A stretch of 63,950 nt of DNA, counting the filler, from Vicugna vicugna (Eukaryota), in NCBI GenBank assembly GCA_013265495.1. It is 75 parts of 75 records of this genome, joined end to end, with 100 filler letters (N's around TTAATTAATTAA, not from the genome) between each part and the next. Parts side by side here need not be neighbours in the genome. Positions count along the whole stretch, not along the records: positions 12,377 to 13,060 come from PNXW01009279.1; positions 13,161 to 13,902 come from PNXW01009280.1; positions 14,003 to 14,756 come from PNXW01009281.1; positions 14,857 to 15,173 come from MU059422.1; positions 15,274 to 15,788 come from MU059423.1; positions 15,889 to 16,820 come from MU059425.1; positions 16,921 to 18,012 come from MU059426.1; positions 18,113 to 18,937 come from PNXW01009294.1; 67 more parts are not named here. One strand, written 5' to 3'. The notes under the pieces are model-generated. The model saw only the letters and a program-made list of their open reading frames with translations, searched no databases and had not been told where the DNA came from. Shown here one piece after another: positions 12,377 to 24,339 of this stretch; positions within the stretch are counted from its first letter, which is position 1, and each line of letters begins with the position of its first letter. Both the position numbers and the translations under genes were made by a program.

Positions 12377-13060
12377 ACATTCCACCTGGAATCCAACCGC
12401 TAACTGCCACCCCCAATGGCTTCTGCATCTTGTCAGTGTTGGGTGAAGGGCTGCATCCGACGAGAGTTTCCTAAGGTAAATGTGATTCTACCCACTAGAG
12501 TCCCATGGGCCTTTCTGCTTCCCTCTTTCCTTTTGTTCAGATCTCTATGCGCAGTACCAATGAAGGGAATTGTGTCCCTTTTCAGTTGATAGTTTCACAC
12601 GTTTAAACTTTCTAACAGTTCACAGTACACAGAGACCCACTAAAGGAGACTTATGTTCCTATAATATCCGTACACCCGGAATACATATGCGTCGCCTGAT
12701 TTCTGCTGAAACACCCGCACTCTCAAGACATGTATCCATTGGTTTCATGGGGGCTGAAATTCCAAGAAATGAAACCAACCCCAATGTGCACTTTACTGTC
12801 GGTCTCTTTTGCTCTTAGTACACTTTGGCAGAGATACTTGCCTTTGTTATAGGCTTCTTACAATTCTTCTCTACGTAGCGTAGAATATGGCATTCCTTCA
12901 TCCTGTTGGAAGACATACAACGGACTAGGAATCCATTTGATTCCAAATCGGCATTAGGGTTAGGTCACGATATGCTCTTATGTATCAAAATTTACGAATA
13001 TGTTTGCACGCCTCTGATTTCCGAATATAAGTGTGCTGAATACATGCAAGCCCCGATACT
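12377..13060. repeat. Unclassified multicopy sequence (paralogue of 14003-14304)
   Basis: 12769-13060 aligns with 14003-14304, with substitutions and one 10-bp indel. Confidence 0.8.
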
Positions 13061-14002
13061 NNNNNNNNNNNNNNNNNNNNNNNNNNNNNNNNNNNNNNNN
13101 NNNNTTAATTAATTAANNNNNNNNNNNNNNNNNNNNNNNNNNNNNNNNNNNNNNNNNNNNTTGGGGACTTGGATGAGAAGAGGTACCAGTTAAAGAATGG
13201 AGCCCTACCTCATTCTAATCCCCGCCCTTTCCATTCCTTTCTCCAGGGGACAAGAGTACAATTCAACAGTATATAGATTGATTGTGAGCTAATGAGATAG
13301 ACAAGACAACCGAACATTTATTAAATATCCTTTCATGCCGGAAACAAATGTATTATACACACAAAAAGCACAAAAAAAAAAAAGCACTGTAGTACCATGG
13401 TTACAATCGTGGGTCCGAGTTCGTGTCCTGCTCTGGAGAGACCAGTCCTGTGAGATGGAGAACTGGTAAGTCGGCTTAGCCTCTCCAGAACTGGTTTTCT
13501 GTCCTGCAGAGACGGGGCTCGCTAGGCGTCCCCCCCGTAGAGGTGCTGTGGGGTGTAAATGACGCGCGTGGGCAGCCTGAGCACAGCTGCTCATTCCTCG
13601 TAAGTGCAGGGTAGCATAGCTTTTGCGGTGATGGCTTTATGACCGCCCCATGTAGACTGTCAGTGCTCTGAAGGGATGCCTTGTGTTTTGGAGATGGGAT
13701 TCTCACATCTGTAAATACCCATGGATTGTGTTATTGGGCCCTGCTGATTTGAATCTATTCTTTAGAAAGTACATATTGTAGATATGTTTTTAAGCATGCA
13801 TGCTTTTTTTCTTTTACGATTTAAAGTTCTACCCTCTCATCTCTTGGTGTGACATTCCATGGAATCCAGGAAACAGCCCTAAGCTACCTGCCTCTTCACA
13901 CTNNNNNNNNNNNNNNNNNNNNNNNNNNNNNNNNNNNNNNNNNNNNTTAATTAATTAANNNNNNNNNNNNNNNNNNNNNNNNNNNNNNNNNNNNNNNNNN
14001 NN

Positions 14003-14304
14003 ATGAAACCAACCCCAATGTGCACTTTACTGTCTGCCTCTTTTGCCGTTAGTACACTTTGGCAGAGCTACTTGACTTTGTTATAGGCTTCTTTCATTTC
14101 TTCCCTACGTAGCGTAGAATATGGCATTCCTTCATCCTGTTAGAAGACATACAATTTTACATCACGGACTAGGAATCCATTTCATTCCAAATCGGCATTT
14201 GGGTTAGGTCACGATATGCTCTTATGAATCAACATTTACGAATATGAATGCACGCCTCTGATTTCCGAATACAAGTGCGCTGAGTACATGCAAGCCGCGA
14301 TACT
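14003..14304. repeat. Unclassified multicopy sequence (paralogue of 12769-13060)
   Basis: Colinear from ATGAAACCAACCCCAATG to GATACT. Confidence 0.8.
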
Positions 14305-14926
14305 AAGTCGATAGGTGCTGAATGACCCTTGACATGCCCTAGGGTATTTTCTTTTGAATAATCATGTTTCCCTTGGTAAATTTCAGCCATCCGTACACTT
14401 TTGGTGCTTGTTTGTTGGTTTGATTCTTTGTTGGTCTGCTTCTCGCTAGTTTTGCAAACACGTCAGGCCATGCATCTCTCCTTTCGCTTCAAACAGGGAG
14501 TCCAATAAGCTGATTCACTTAAGAGAGTGCTTCCAATCACCTATGATTTCCTGCTTCCCTCTCCCATCTTTAGGTTTTAGATGACCACCTTGCTTTCTTC
14601 TTGTTTCTACTTTGCCACTCATGCTCTTCTTGCATTTCCAATAATGGTTTCTTCTTTCCATTTAATCTTGATGCTTTTCTATTCAGGGTAGATTTCTCAA
14701 CCATACTTGAAGATAAGTTTTGAACTGCTGAATTCTTTTAAGATTTGCTGTTCTGTNNNNNNNNNNNNNNNNNNNNNNNNNNNNNNNNNNNNNNNNNNNN
14801 TTAATTAATTAANNNNNNNNNNNNNNNNNNNNNNNNNNNNNNNNNNNNNNNNNNNNAAACTCAGTTGGTTTTCCACGAGCCATGGGCAGTGGTGAGGTAT
14901 AACATGTTATTATTTTATAAAATAAG

Positions 14927-14954
14927 AATAATAGTAATAATAATAATTATAATA

Positions 14955-14989
<35 letters not shown>

Positions 14990-14992
14990 TAA
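14927..14992 (+). repeat. (AAT)n microsatellite
   Basis: Direct inspection. Confidence 0.95.
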
Positions 14993-15273
14993 AAGAAGTC
15001 TTAAAACAGCACTGAGCACATTGGAGAGAGTCAGTAAGTGCTTTCTGGCTTAAATCAAAAGTGATGACTCAGTGATTCCATGGCTGCTGTATTTGCTAAG
15101 CTAGTTACTCCTTTGCTCCATTACACATATTTTTTTAACTGAAAAATAAATACAAGCAAATGGTTAAAAAAAANNNNNNNNNNNNNNNNNNNNNNNNNNN
15201 NNNNNNNNNNNNNNNNNTTAATTAATTAANNNNNNNNNNNNNNNNNNNNNNNNNNNNNNNNNNNNNNNNNNNN

Positions 15274-15788
15274 TGTCATGTGGAGGAGCCTCCCCACTAT
15301 CAGGATACCTGTCCACGTAACCGTGTGTGTGCTGCAGGGGGGAATTAGAGTCCACTCATCTTTATGGGGGCACAGGTGTTCCAAGGTTGGGGAAGTAGTT
15401 TCAAACCCTCCACTGCCCACAGAGATGCACTCTCTAATACTTGGCTTTAGAGCCCATCCCTCACCATCGCTCACNNNNNNNNNNNNNNNNNNNNNNNNNN
15501 NNNNNNNNNNNNNNNNNNNNNNNNNNNNNNNNNNNNNNNNNNNNNNNNNNNNNNNNNNNNNNNNNNNNNNNNNNNNNNNNNNNNNNNNNNNNTAGGGAAA
15601 CAGAGTCAAAGCATCTTTCAGGGGGCACAGATAATTCATGGTGGTGGTTTGTAGGTTAAACACCCACATCCCATGGATAGGCTCTCGCTAATACTTGGTT
15701 TAGAGCACAATCCCAACTTTCCCCCGCACACCGGCCATGCAAGCCAACATGGAAGACCAGTTAAGGTATTGTATTACAACCCAGGCGC
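15274..15788 (+). repeat. Satellite D
   Basis: GGAGGAGCCTCCCCAC..CAGGAT, GGGGCACAGGTGTTCC and TAATACTTGG..TAGAGC motifs shared with 1-1243. Confidence 0.85.
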
Positions 15789-16131
15789 NNNNNNNNNNNN
15801 NNNNNNNNNNNNNNNNNNNNNNNNNNNNNNNNTTAATTAATTAANNNNNNNNNNNNNNNNNNNNNNNNNNNNNNNNNNNNNNNNNNNNGCTCCTGAACAT
15901 CAGCCAGAACCCACTTCTGCTCTTTTTTGGCGACATAATACCTTCTAGCAACTTTCATTGCTTTCTTGGCATCAGTTCTTACCTGGAAGGGTAGTGGCTA
16001 GAGATGGAAATGTGTCCACATGACAGGTTTTTCATAAATATAGTAGGAGTGGTCAAGAGAAGAAAACCTCAGGAATATGAGTGGAAGCAGGTCATTTAAT
16101 ATACCAAATGCGTACTTTCAATGTATGTTTG

Positions 16132-16651
16132 TGTTTCCGAGTCCAGGCTTGTTCTACTCGTGCATTACAGGCCAACANNNNNNNNNNNNNNNNNNNNNNN
16201 NNNNNNNNNNNNNNNNNNNNNNNNNNNNNNNNNNNNAAGATGGTAGACCAATGTCCTGGAGAACCATCATCCCAAGTCAGAATTCAGGCTCTTCTTATAT
16301 TAAAAAGGGGAAGCGGGAATGCTTGGTTGTTGCAAACTTGGTGTATGAATTCTTTGTTGTTATAATCCTTTGCTCTTGCGGCTCTTCACCTGGGTCAGAT
16401 CCGTGCAAACCTCCAACAAGCAAATGTTATTTTCTATTCTGTATCTTGTTATCTTTATACGAATGGAAAAGTGTTAATATCCTTCAAAGTCAGAGCCTTG
16501 AGAATAGGGTCTCCTGTATATTTCAGGATCTTTGCAACATTGTTTCACAAAAGGTGCAGAAACAACATGACTAAGCCTAGTAAACAGGGCACAGGTTTAA
16601 AGTCAAAGGAACAGATCTAATATGGAGTCAGATTTGTTCTTTCCTATTTCA
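16132..16651 (-). mobile_element. ERV1-class solo LTR (same family as 2877-3142)
   Basis: Minus strand TGAAATAG..GACTCCAT..CTCGGAAACA (TG..CA ends), TATA-like element near 16295-16302; no clean TSD seen. Confidence 0.65.
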
Positions 16652-16920
16652 GTAGTGCCATGGGGAAGGCACTTTGGGCAGCTTTCTGTAGGGTCCTGGA
16701 GGCTTTCTCTCTCAGCCTCTGTGCCCCTCTGTTGAAAACCCGTCATCGCTATCTGGCCTGCTGGAAAACCACTCTGCCTGTTTTGCCCTGAAGTTGTGTT
16801 CTGTTTATAACTCATCTCTANNNNNNNNNNNNNNNNNNNNNNNNNNNNNNNNNNNNNNNNNNNNTTAATTAATTAANNNNNNNNNNNNNNNNNNNNNNNN
16901 NNNNNNNNNNNNNNNNNNNN

Positions 16921-18012
16921 TCACAGAAATTTGATATTTGCTTAGCTCTTTGTTTCTATACAGCCATGGTGGGAGCGATTGTCCGAAGACCCCTGTTTTG
17001 ACATTGTGTTGATATCTCATTTGCAGGCTTTAAGAAGTTTAACAGAATTCATTTACATGTTTTGGGAGTTATACGAAAATGAAGTTATTTTTTGAAACAC
17101 ACTAAATCGACCTAGAAGCCAGACTTGTCAATTTTGATAACAATTGGCAGCTCTACAGAAAACCTAGACAGAATGAATGCAAACTATTAGTCCAAACTGT
17201 TAAAGGGGTCATGTCAGCTCTTTACGGTTGAAGCCTCCGAAACCAACAGGAACCATGAAATAACTATTGGAAACATGAAATAACCCCCAACCTTGGATAC
17301 ACTTGTGCATGTNNNNNNNNNNNNNNNNNNNNNNNNNNNNNNNNNNNNNNNNNNNNNNNNNNNNNNNNNNNNNNNNNNNNNNNNNNNNNNNNNNNNNNNN
17401 NNNNNNNNNNNNNNNNNNNNNNNNNNNNNNNNNNNNNNNNNNNNNNNNNNNNNNNNNNNNNNNNNNNNNNNNNNNNNNNNNNNNNNNNNNNNNNNNNNNN
17501 NNNNNNNNNNNNNNNNNNNNNNNNNNNNNNNNTAAAGCCATTTAACGCAACCAAGTCTGCACCCCCATTATATAGTGACCCCGGGGGCTTGAGTCAATTG
17601 AAAGACGATCCACATAAGATGTGTCTTTAATGTCATTGGTGACTTTTACAATACAGTTCACTTTCTGACTTGAACTATTTACCTATACTGTCTTGAAAAA
17701 CTGAGGCCTAATACAGAGACATGTTCAGTCAAAGATTGCCCTCACTTACCACACTCCCTTCACCCCAGGGAAGACATAAACACCACATTTGCTGAATCTA
17801 GCGGAAGGCCATCGTTTCTAGGTGTGAGCTAAGTATTCAATTCCTATCTATTTCAGCCGAGACTATTTGACCTTTAAGGAGTTCTCTGTTGTTCACAGAG
17901 TGTGAAGCTGGAGGAACTCTGATTCTAGGAGGGGCTTGCCCTTCTTTTACTGGCTTCATTGCAGCTTATGTACTGATCCTTCCAAATGGATGCCTGAGTG
18001 GAGGGGAGGGAA
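16921..18012. repeat. Unclassified multicopy sequence (17533-17914 paralogous to 8106-8519)
   Basis: Direct alignment by eye. Confidence 0.75.
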
Positions 18013-19037
18013 NNNNNNNNNNNNNNNNNNNNNNNNNNNNNNNNNNNNNNNNNNNNTTAATTAATTAANNNNNNNNNNNNNNNNNNNNNNNNNNNNNNNN
18101 NNNNNNNNNNNNAATCTTAACACCAATGTAGGCAATGTTAGTTACAACGGACTCAGAGTAAAGAATATCTCTTTCATAGACTGTGACTTCTGAAAGTGCT
18201 CTAAAAACACTATGAGTTTGATTAGCAGCAAAGCATTAGCCTAATGGAAACCTCCCTCCTCCCCTTACATATGTATGTACGTATACACATACTATAGGTC
18301 ACTATCTTCTATCGGTCCAACTTAAATGCGACAATTGTTCTCAGAGGCTGTGCAAGGTTGCAAATACTGTCTACGCTATCTTAGAGTTCAAGACCACTAG
18401 CACCCAAGTGGTTAAGAGAAAATCAATAGTTTCAAGCAAACAAAAAGCCATGAAGTCATATAGTTTGAATTTCTTTTAAGAGCAGAAAAATGGAGGGCTC
18501 AGTGAATCACCCAATATATTAACTGTTCTGGGTCCTATAATTTTATCTAAAACTATTTTTTGTACATGGAAGGCTAGATGCCTTTACATAAATAGTTTCA
18601 GCAATTCTAAAAATATAAAATATTCCTTTGAAAAATAGGACAAGTTTTGTTTTGTTTTGTTTTGAACTTGGAGAACAGTTCGGCGAGGAGTGGGTTTCCT
18701 TCTCACAGATGAATTTTGCAGCATCTTCCCCCAGGAACACGCTGACAGCTCCGTCATCCTGCATCTAGCGCACCCCCGGGATGGGCCTCTAGGAAGGGGC
18801 CGTGCCGGCACACAAAGCAGGCTGGTCTTCTCTCTTCCACACTCCTGTAGCAGCTCCCCATCCCTGGGCATCTTGCAGTATTGCCTCACGTCCAGAACAT
18901 GAACTTGACTGGGAAAACCACATCCATTTAAAATGCANNNNNNNNNNNNNNNNNNNNNNNNNNNNNNNNNNNNNNNNNNNNTTAATTAATTAANNNNNNN
19001 NNNNNNNNNNNNNNNNNNNNNNNNNNNNNNNNNNNNN

Positions 19038-19790
19038 CATACTACCCAAGGCAATCTACAGATTTAATGTGATCCCTATCAAGTTATCTATGACATTTTT
19101 CACAGAACTAGAATAATCTTAAAATTTATATGGAATCATAAAAGACCCAGAATTGCCAGAGCATTACTGAAGAAAAAGAATGAGTCTGGAGGAATAACCT
19201 TCCCAGGCTTCAGGCAATACTACAGAGCTAGAATAATCAAAAGAGCAAGGTATTGGTACAAAAACAGACATATGGATCAATGGAACAGAATAGAGAGCCC
19301 AGAAATGAACCCACAAACTTTTGTCAATTAAACTTTGACAAAGGAGGCAAGAACATGTAATGGAATAGAGACAATCTCTTCAGCAAATGGTATTGGGAAA
19401 ACTGGACAGCAGCATGTAAATCAATGAAGTTAGAATACTCCCTTACGCCATATACAAAAATAAACTCAAAATGTCTTAAAGACTTAAACATAAGACAAGA
19501 CACAATAAATCTCCTAGAAGAAAGCATAGGCAAAATATTATCTCACATACATCTCAGCAGTGTTCTCCTAGAGCGGTCTACCCAAGCAATAGAAAAAAAG
19601 CAAAAATAAACAAATGAGACCTAAATTAAACTTACAAGCTTTTGCACAGCAAAGGAAACCATAAGCAAAACAAAACAACAACCTATGGAATGGGAGAAAA
19701 TATTTGCAAAAGATGAAACGAACAAGCACTTGATTTCCAGAATAGATAAACAGCTCATATGACTTAAGAAAAAAACAAACAACCCAATCC
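19038..19790 (+). mobile_element. L1 ORF2 fragment (downstream of RT), disrupted
   Basis: Encodes [36 protein letters not shown]. Confidence 0.95.
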
Positions 19791-19890
19791 NNNNNNNNNN
19801 NNNNNNNNNNNNNNNNNNNNNNNNNNNNNNNNNNTTAATTAATTAANNNNNNNNNNNNNNNNNNNNNNNNNNNNNNNNNNNNNNNNNNNN

Positions 19891-20582
19891 TATAATATAC
19901 ATAATATATAATATAATATAATATAATATAATATACATAATATAGAATGTATCATACAGAATGCAGAACCCAGAATATAGAATATAGAATACAGAATGCA
20001 GAACACAGAATTTAGAACATGGAATTCAGAACAAAGAATATAGAATATAGAATACAGAATACAGAATATAGAATGTAGAATACAGAAATAGAATGTAGAA
20101 TATAGAACGTAGAACACAGAATAGAGAATNNNNNNNNNNNNNNNNNNNNNNNNNNNNNNNNNNNNNNNNNNNNNNNNNNNNNNNNNNNNNNNNNNNNNNN
20201 NNNNNNNNNNNNNNNNNNNNNNNNNNNNNNNNNNNNNNNNNNNNNNNNNNNNNNNNNNNNNNNNNNNNNNNNNNNNNNNNNNNNNNNNNNNNNNNNNNNN
20301 NNNNNNNNNNNNNNNNNNNNNNNNNNNNNNNNNNNNNNNNNNNNNNAGAATATAGAATAGAATATAGAGAATAAAGAACCCAGAATTTAGAACTTGGAAT
20401 GAAGAATATAGAGTATAGAATATAGAATACAGAATTAAAACACAGAATTTAGAACACGGAATGCAGAACACAGAATATAGAATATGGAACAAAGAAAATA
20501 ATATGTACAACACTTAATGTAGAACACAGAATATAGTATATAGAATACATAATACAGAACCCAGAATTTAGAACATGGAATG
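19891..20582 (+). repeat. Satellite E (AGAATAT/AGAACAC heptamer-derived)
   Basis: 7-bp periodic GAA-anchored units. Confidence 0.93.
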
Positions 20583-20859
20583 NNNNNNNNNNNNNNNNNN
20601 NNNNNNNNNNNNNNNNNNNNNNNNNNTTAATTAATTAANNNNNNNNNNNNNNNNNNNNNNNNNNNNNNNNNNNNNNNNNNNNGTGGTGATGGGGGAACTA
20701 TGGGATGCAGATGAAGCACGTGACAAATGGTCCTAAGCCAGCCTGGGGGTGCAGAGTCTGAGTCTTCAAACAGGAGTGGATATGAAGCTACAGGAGGCCA
20801 TGGGAAACGTGACGGGTTCGAGGGGCCGAAAGGTGGGTAGTTGGCTGGAACAAAGTGGG

Positions 20860-21040
20860 CAGGGCTGTGTGAGGGCTGCAGGCATCAGGGGGCCTGCAAG
20901 ACTGCCCTAAGGAGTTTGACTCTATGCCCAAGGCCCTTGGAAGCCACCAGAGGGCTTTAAACAGGAGCACAACACGACTGGATGTCAGTTCAGGAATGAA
21001 CTTGGCCGTGTGGAGCCTGAATAGGAGGGGCCAGAGCATT
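20860..21040 (-). mobile_element. Degenerate L2 fragment
   Basis: TAAGGAGTTTG..GGAAGCCAC..GAGGGCTTTAAACAGGAG L2-like motif. Confidence 0.5.
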
Positions 21041-21070
21041 TTGGGTGGCTGCGTGATTTTCAAGACAGGC

Positions 21071-21384
21071 CAGAAACAGACTCATAGATGTAGAAAACAA
21101 ACTATGGCTGCCAAAGGGGAAAAGATGGGAAGGGATAAATTAGGAGTTTGGGATTAACATATACACATTACTTTATATAAAATAAGTAAACAGCAAAAGA
21201 CCTACTGTATAGCGCAGGGGGCAATATTCAGTATCTTATAATAACCTAGACTGGAAAAGAATCTGAAAAAGAATATATATAAAAGAAAACAAGTAATTAT
21301 GTTATATATATATAAAAGAATACATATATAATTGTATTTTATATATATATATATAACTGAATCACTTTGCTGTACACCTGAAAC
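21071..21384 (+). mobile_element. L1 3'UTR fragment (L1MA9-like/laurasiatherian type)
   Basis: CAGACTCATAGATGTAGAAAACAAAC..GGGATAAATTAGGAGTTTGGGATTAAC..AACTGAATCACTTTGCTGTACACCTGAAAC. Confidence 0.88.
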
Positions 21385-22031
21385 NNNNNNNNNNNNNNNN
21401 NNNNNNNNNNNNNNNNNNNNNNNNNNNNTTAATTAATTAANNNNNNNNNNNNNNNNNNNNNNNNNNNNNNNNNNNNNNNNNNNNCATCCAGGCTCATTTT
21501 GACTGTTTCCCAAGGAAGCCTTCCCTCCTTCCAAACTCCACAATTTGTTCCCCTGTTCCTAGAGCATTCTAGGTTAAGTCAACTTCTGACACTGCTAAGC
21601 TCTCAAGAAGCAAATACATTTTGCTTACTAATGTGGCTCGAACCTCTCTCCCCTAGACTCACAGAACTGTGCATGTTATGAATAAATGAATGACGGGGTG
21701 GGTCTCAAAGGGACAGACACCTGCTTTCGCCCGTTCCGACCCTTCTGTCTGTAGAATATCAGAAGAAGAAGCAAAACCAGAAGTATCTTTCCTGACGATC
21801 ACTTTCTAATGACACCTTTCACTGCCTACTGTCTCAGTTCTAGTAAAACCCAAATTCTTCCAAAGCCGTCCACCCCGGACACTCTACAGTGTCCTCCCCC
21901 GCAGGGGCACCTTCCACCCTGGACCACACAGNNNNNNNNNNNNNNNNNNNNNNNNNNNNNNNNNNNNNNNNNNNNTTAATTAATTAANNNNNNNNNNNNN
22001 NNNNNNNNNNNNNNNNNNNNNNNNNNNNNNN

Positions 22032-22498
22032 TTCAGTTTCCAAATCCCATCCATAATTATATATGGGGAGGTACAATCTCCAACTCGGTTTTAAAGTTAA
22101 AAGGGCAGGCAATTCAAGCCGGCACTAGGAAACAGACTGGGAAACCAGAATAGGTGTATCTCCGTCAACCCGTTCCAGTTGTGCTGGATGAAAGAACGTC
22201 TCTCCACATGCTCAGTTCTGAGAGATAAGTGTGTGTTAAAGCCTAACATCATATAGCTTGAAGGGAACACAAAGTTTCCTTTCACTTGACAACTCCTCTC
22301 CATACATATGTATAGGGACGTATAAGCTCCAACACGGTTTTATAGTGAAAACGGCAGGCACTTCAAACCGGCACAAGGAAACAGAATGAGAAACCAGAGT
22401 AAGTGTTTCTCCTGCAACCTTTTCTCTTTGTGCTGGATGAAAGAACGTCTAAATCCACATGCTCAGTTCTCAGATATAAGTGTGTGTGAAAACCGTCC
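22032..22498 (+). repeat. Satellite C (249 bp)
   Basis: Equivalent positions at 22032 and 22281. Confidence 0.92.
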
Positions 22499-22598
22499 NN
22501 NNNNNNNNNNNNNNNNNNNNNNNNNNNNNNNNNNNNNNNNNNTTAATTAATTAANNNNNNNNNNNNNNNNNNNNNNNNNNNNNNNNNNNNNNNNNNNN

Positions 22599-23356
22599 GG
22601 CATTCCGTTAGGACCCACGCGCTGCCGACCGTTGGTGGAACTTTCCCAAACTCAGGATACCGGAACAATTGTCAGTGGGTGGAGGAGAACGAGAGAAAAC
22701 TCCACACAGCTCTCTTCAGTCACAGGTGTTCCCTGTTCGGAGAAGTCCGTGAAATACCTTCCGTGACCTTGGGGAGGCAGCCTCTGACACTGCGATACCC
22801 TGCAAACCCCCCTAGGATTCCCTGTCACAGAGACATTAGGAAAACCCTCAGGGGAGACGAGCTTAGGCTTTCCGTTAGAACCCACGCGCTGCCGACCGTT
22901 GGTGGAACCTCCCCACGCTCAGGATTCCGAATTGTCAGTGCGTGGGGGAGATCGAGAGACAACTCCACGCAGCTCTCTTCAGTCACAGGTGTTCCATGTT
23001 CGGGAAAGTCCGAGAAATAAATTCCCTGACCTTAGGGAGGCATACTCTGACACTGGGATATCCTGCAATCACCCCTAGCATTCCCTGGCAGAGAGACATT
23101 AGGAAAATCCTCAGGGGAGACGAGCTTATGCATTCCGTTAGAACCCTCGCTCTGCCAACAGTTGGTGGATCCTCTCCATTCTCAGGATTCCCGAACTATT
23201 GTCAGTGCGTGGGGGAGCTCGAGAGGTAACTCCACGCAGCTCTCTTCAGTCACAGGTACTCCCTGTTCGGCGAAGTCGGAGAAAAAACTTCCCTTACCTT
23301 GGGGAGGCAGGCACTGTCACTGGGATATCCTGCAAACACCCATAGCATTCCCTGGC
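22599..23356 (+). repeat. Satellite A (GC-rich, 267 bp)
   Basis: C(A/T)TTCCGTTAG anchor at 22601, 22868 (267) and 23131 (263, 4-bp deletion). Confidence 0.95.
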
Positions 23357-23456
23357 NNNNNNNNNNNNNNNNNNNNNNNNNNNNNNNNNNNNNNNNNNNN
23401 TTAATTAATTAANNNNNNNNNNNNNNNNNNNNNNNNNNNNNNNNNNNNNNNNNNNN

Positions 23457-24239
23457 ATCCCAGAATATAGAACATGGAATGCAGAACACAGAATTTAATA
23501 TGTACAATACAGAATACTGAATATCGAATTTAGAATATAGATCGCAGAACACAGAATATAGAATATAGAATACGGAATGCAGAATATAGAATACAGAATA
23601 TAGAATGTAGAACACAGAACATAGAATATGGAAAACATAATACAAAACCCAGAATTGAGGACATGTAATGCAGAACACAGAATTTAGAATATAGAATAGT
23701 GAATACATATAGAATACTGAATACTGAATATAGAATTTAGAACATTGAATGCAGAACACAGAATTTAGAAAATAGAATGCAGAATACTGTATACAGGAAT
23801 TAGAATATAGAAAGAAAAACACAGAATATTGAATATAGACTACGGAATGGAGAATATAGAAGGTAGAATATAGAATGAAGAACACAAAATATAGAATATA
23901 GAATGGAGAATATAGAACCCACAATATAGAAATGGAATGCAGAACAGAGAATTTAGAATATAGAATAGCGAAAACTAAATAAATTTTTAGAATATAGAAT
24001 GTACAACACAGAATATAGAATATATAATAGAGAATAGAGAACGCAGAATATAGAACATGGAATGCAGAACACAGAACTTAAAATATAGAACACAGAATAC
24101 TGAATATAAATTTAGAATATAGAATATAGAACACAGAGTATAGAATACAGAATACGGAATAATGAATATACAAGTTAGAATATAGAAAAATTTGGAATAT
24201 AGAATATAGAACACAGAATATAGAATATAGAATACGGAA
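23457..24239 (+). repeat. Satellite E (heptamer-derived)
   Basis: 7-bp periodicity. Confidence 0.93.
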
Positions 24240-24339
24240 NNNNNNNNNNNNNNNNNNNNNNNNNNNNNNNNNNNNNNNNNNNNTTAATTAATTAANNNNN
24301 NNNNNNNNNNNNNNNNNNNNNNNNNNNNNNNNNNNNNNN

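Noticed and set aside
22652..23404. Recurring peptide motifs (LGRQPL.LGYPA.., MFVESVM.., VERRSFIQH) suggesting a multigene family
   Set aside because: Translations of satellite monomers A, B and C, with frequent stops and frameshifts.
23409..23924. Hydrophobic YSVFYIL-repeat ORFs (also 19839-20513, 33726-34209)
   Set aside because: Antisense translation of the AGAATAT heptamer repeat.
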